Part shown: piece after piece, positions 5,329 through 5,580 of the stretch
Layout: each line of letters begins with the position of its first letter
How positions within the stretch are numbered: position 1 is the stretch's first letter
Virus record (IMG/VR): IMGVR_UViG_3300045988_003785
Length of the DNA: 5,580 nucleotides
Strand: one strand, 5' to 3'
Origin: a virus
Notes under the pieces: model-generated
Told to the model about the DNA's origin: nothing
Database searches by the model: none
Seen by the model: only the letters and a program-made list of their open reading frames with translations
Translations under genes and position numbers: made by a program

Positions 5329-5348
5329 TGCACAAAAACCTTTGTGCA
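5329..5348. other. 8-bp hairpin inside the 9-mer array
   Basis: TGCACAAA (5329-5336), loop AACC, TTTGTGCA (5341-5348): a perfect stem. Confidence 0.5.
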
Positions 5349-5407
5349 ACATTTTGTGGAAAACCTGTTGAAAGTGTTGAAAGTGTTGAAAACGCAATTA
5401 GAGGCAG

Positions 5408-5471
5408 TTCGGCAGCTGGCCGAAAAGTCACGTCATGCTCTTCGTACGGCGCACCGCGCCTAGCGCATGAC
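5408..5471. other. GC-rich hairpin cluster upstream of the promoter
   Basis: Three stems: TTCGGC / loop AGCTG / GCCGAA (5408-5424); GTCATGC (5432-5438) paired with GCATGAC (5465-5471); and, enclosed by the second, GGCGC / loop ACC / GCGCC (5448-5460). Confidence 0.5.
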
Positions 5472-5499
5472 CTATCAGAAAAAGTTTCAAAAAAAACTA

Positions 5500-5528
5500 T
5501 TGGCAAATCGACAGTTATATGGTACAAT
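5500..5528 (+). promoter_or_regulatory. Sigma-70/SigA-type promoter with extended -10
   Basis: -35 TTGGCA (5500-5505), a 17-nt spacer, TG at 5520-5521, and -10 TACAAT (5523-5528). An A-rich, UP-like stretch lies at 5479-5496. The predicted start is near 5535 (equivalent to 10), just upstream of the SD and ATG of ORF59. Confidence 0.7.
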
Positions 5529-5580
5529 GCAGATAGTAAAGGAGGTATAAAGATGAGAACTGTCAATCATCTGAGCATCA
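5526..5580. repeat. Terminal direct repeat, copy 2 (duplicates the ORF59 SD and first 9 codons)
   Basis: Identical to 1-55. ATG 5553 corresponds to ATG 28. Confidence 0.95.

Larger units (their letters stand above)
5217..5392 (+). repeat. Array of ten co-oriented TGT(T/G)GA 9-mers (iteron or DnaA-box-like cluster)
   Basis: 5217 TGTTGAAAT; 5225 TGTTGAATA; 5279 TGTTGATAC; 5291 TGTGGATAA; 5302 TGTTGAAAT; 5310 TGTTGAGAA; 5355 TGTGGAAAA; 5366 TGTTGAAAG; 5375 TGTTGAAAG; 5384 TGTTGAAAA. All ten are on the same strand. The last three are in 9-nt tandem. Confidence 0.85.

Noticed and set aside
5217-5392. The TGTTGAA repeats read as Spo0A boxes (consensus TGTCGAA)
   Set aside because: All eight copies carry T in place of the C of the central CG that I recall as conserved in 0A boxes. 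The two TGTGGA copies fit DnaA boxes better. This remains an untested alternative if the host is a spore former.
5217-5392. The repeat array considered as a CRISPR array or tandem satellite
   Set aside because: The units are only 8-9 nt with irregular 8-45 nt spacing and no spacer-like unique segments of regular size. This fits protein-binding iterons, not CRISPR.
5234-5566. A 110-aa minus-strand ORF covering the non-coding region
   Set aside because: It is antisense to the promoter and the ORF59 start, and has no SD upstream of its ATG. Its odd repeats (STLSTLST, FNKLSTKVSTLK) are simply the translated TGTTGAAA nucleotide repeats. It also runs through hairpins. As far as I know, Microviridae transcribe one strand only.

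Overview
This window is a complete circular genome of a small ssDNA phage of the family Microviridae, with a Gokushovirinae-like protein set. Bases 1-55 recur exactly at 5526-5580, so the unit genome is 5,525 nt and the window closes on itself. All credible genes are on the + strand. In order they are: a 59-aa ORFan; a ~34-aa ORF with a perfect SD but no canonical start codon; a 73-aa ORFan with a GTG start; a 39-aa very basic J/VP8-like DNA-binding protein that the ORF track missed; a VP5-like protein; a VP3-like internal scaffolding protein; the VP1 major capsid protein (567 aa); the VP2 pilot/minor capsid protein (292 aa); and the VP4 HUH rolling-circle Rep (339 aa). The genes are chained by ATGA, TAAATG and longer overlaps, and nearly all have AGGAGG-type SDs. 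The minus-strand ORFs in the track look like antisense artefacts. The unusual part is the 497-nt non-coding region (5056-5525 plus 1-27). Reading 5'->3' on the coding strand, which is the virion strand in Microviridae, it contains in order: (1) a perfect 14-bp hairpin followed by a T-tract; (2) a GC-rich alternating purine/pyrimidine block with a 13-nt direct repeat; (3) a 25-nt pure A/T tract; (4) (TTG)2(TAG)5; (5) a GGAG spacer; (6) ten co-oriented TGT(T/G)GA 9-mers, including one perfect DnaA-box consensus (TGTGGATAA, 5291-5299) and one relaxed-consensus box; (7) nested GC-rich hairpins; (8) a near-consensus extended -10 promoter. The order A/T tract, TAG trinucleotide repeats, G-rich spacer, DnaA-type boxes matches the DnaA-box / DnaA-trio / unwinding-element module of bacterial chromosomal origins. 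I do not know of this layout being described for a microvirus, so it is my lead candidate for something new. The function is inferred and untested.
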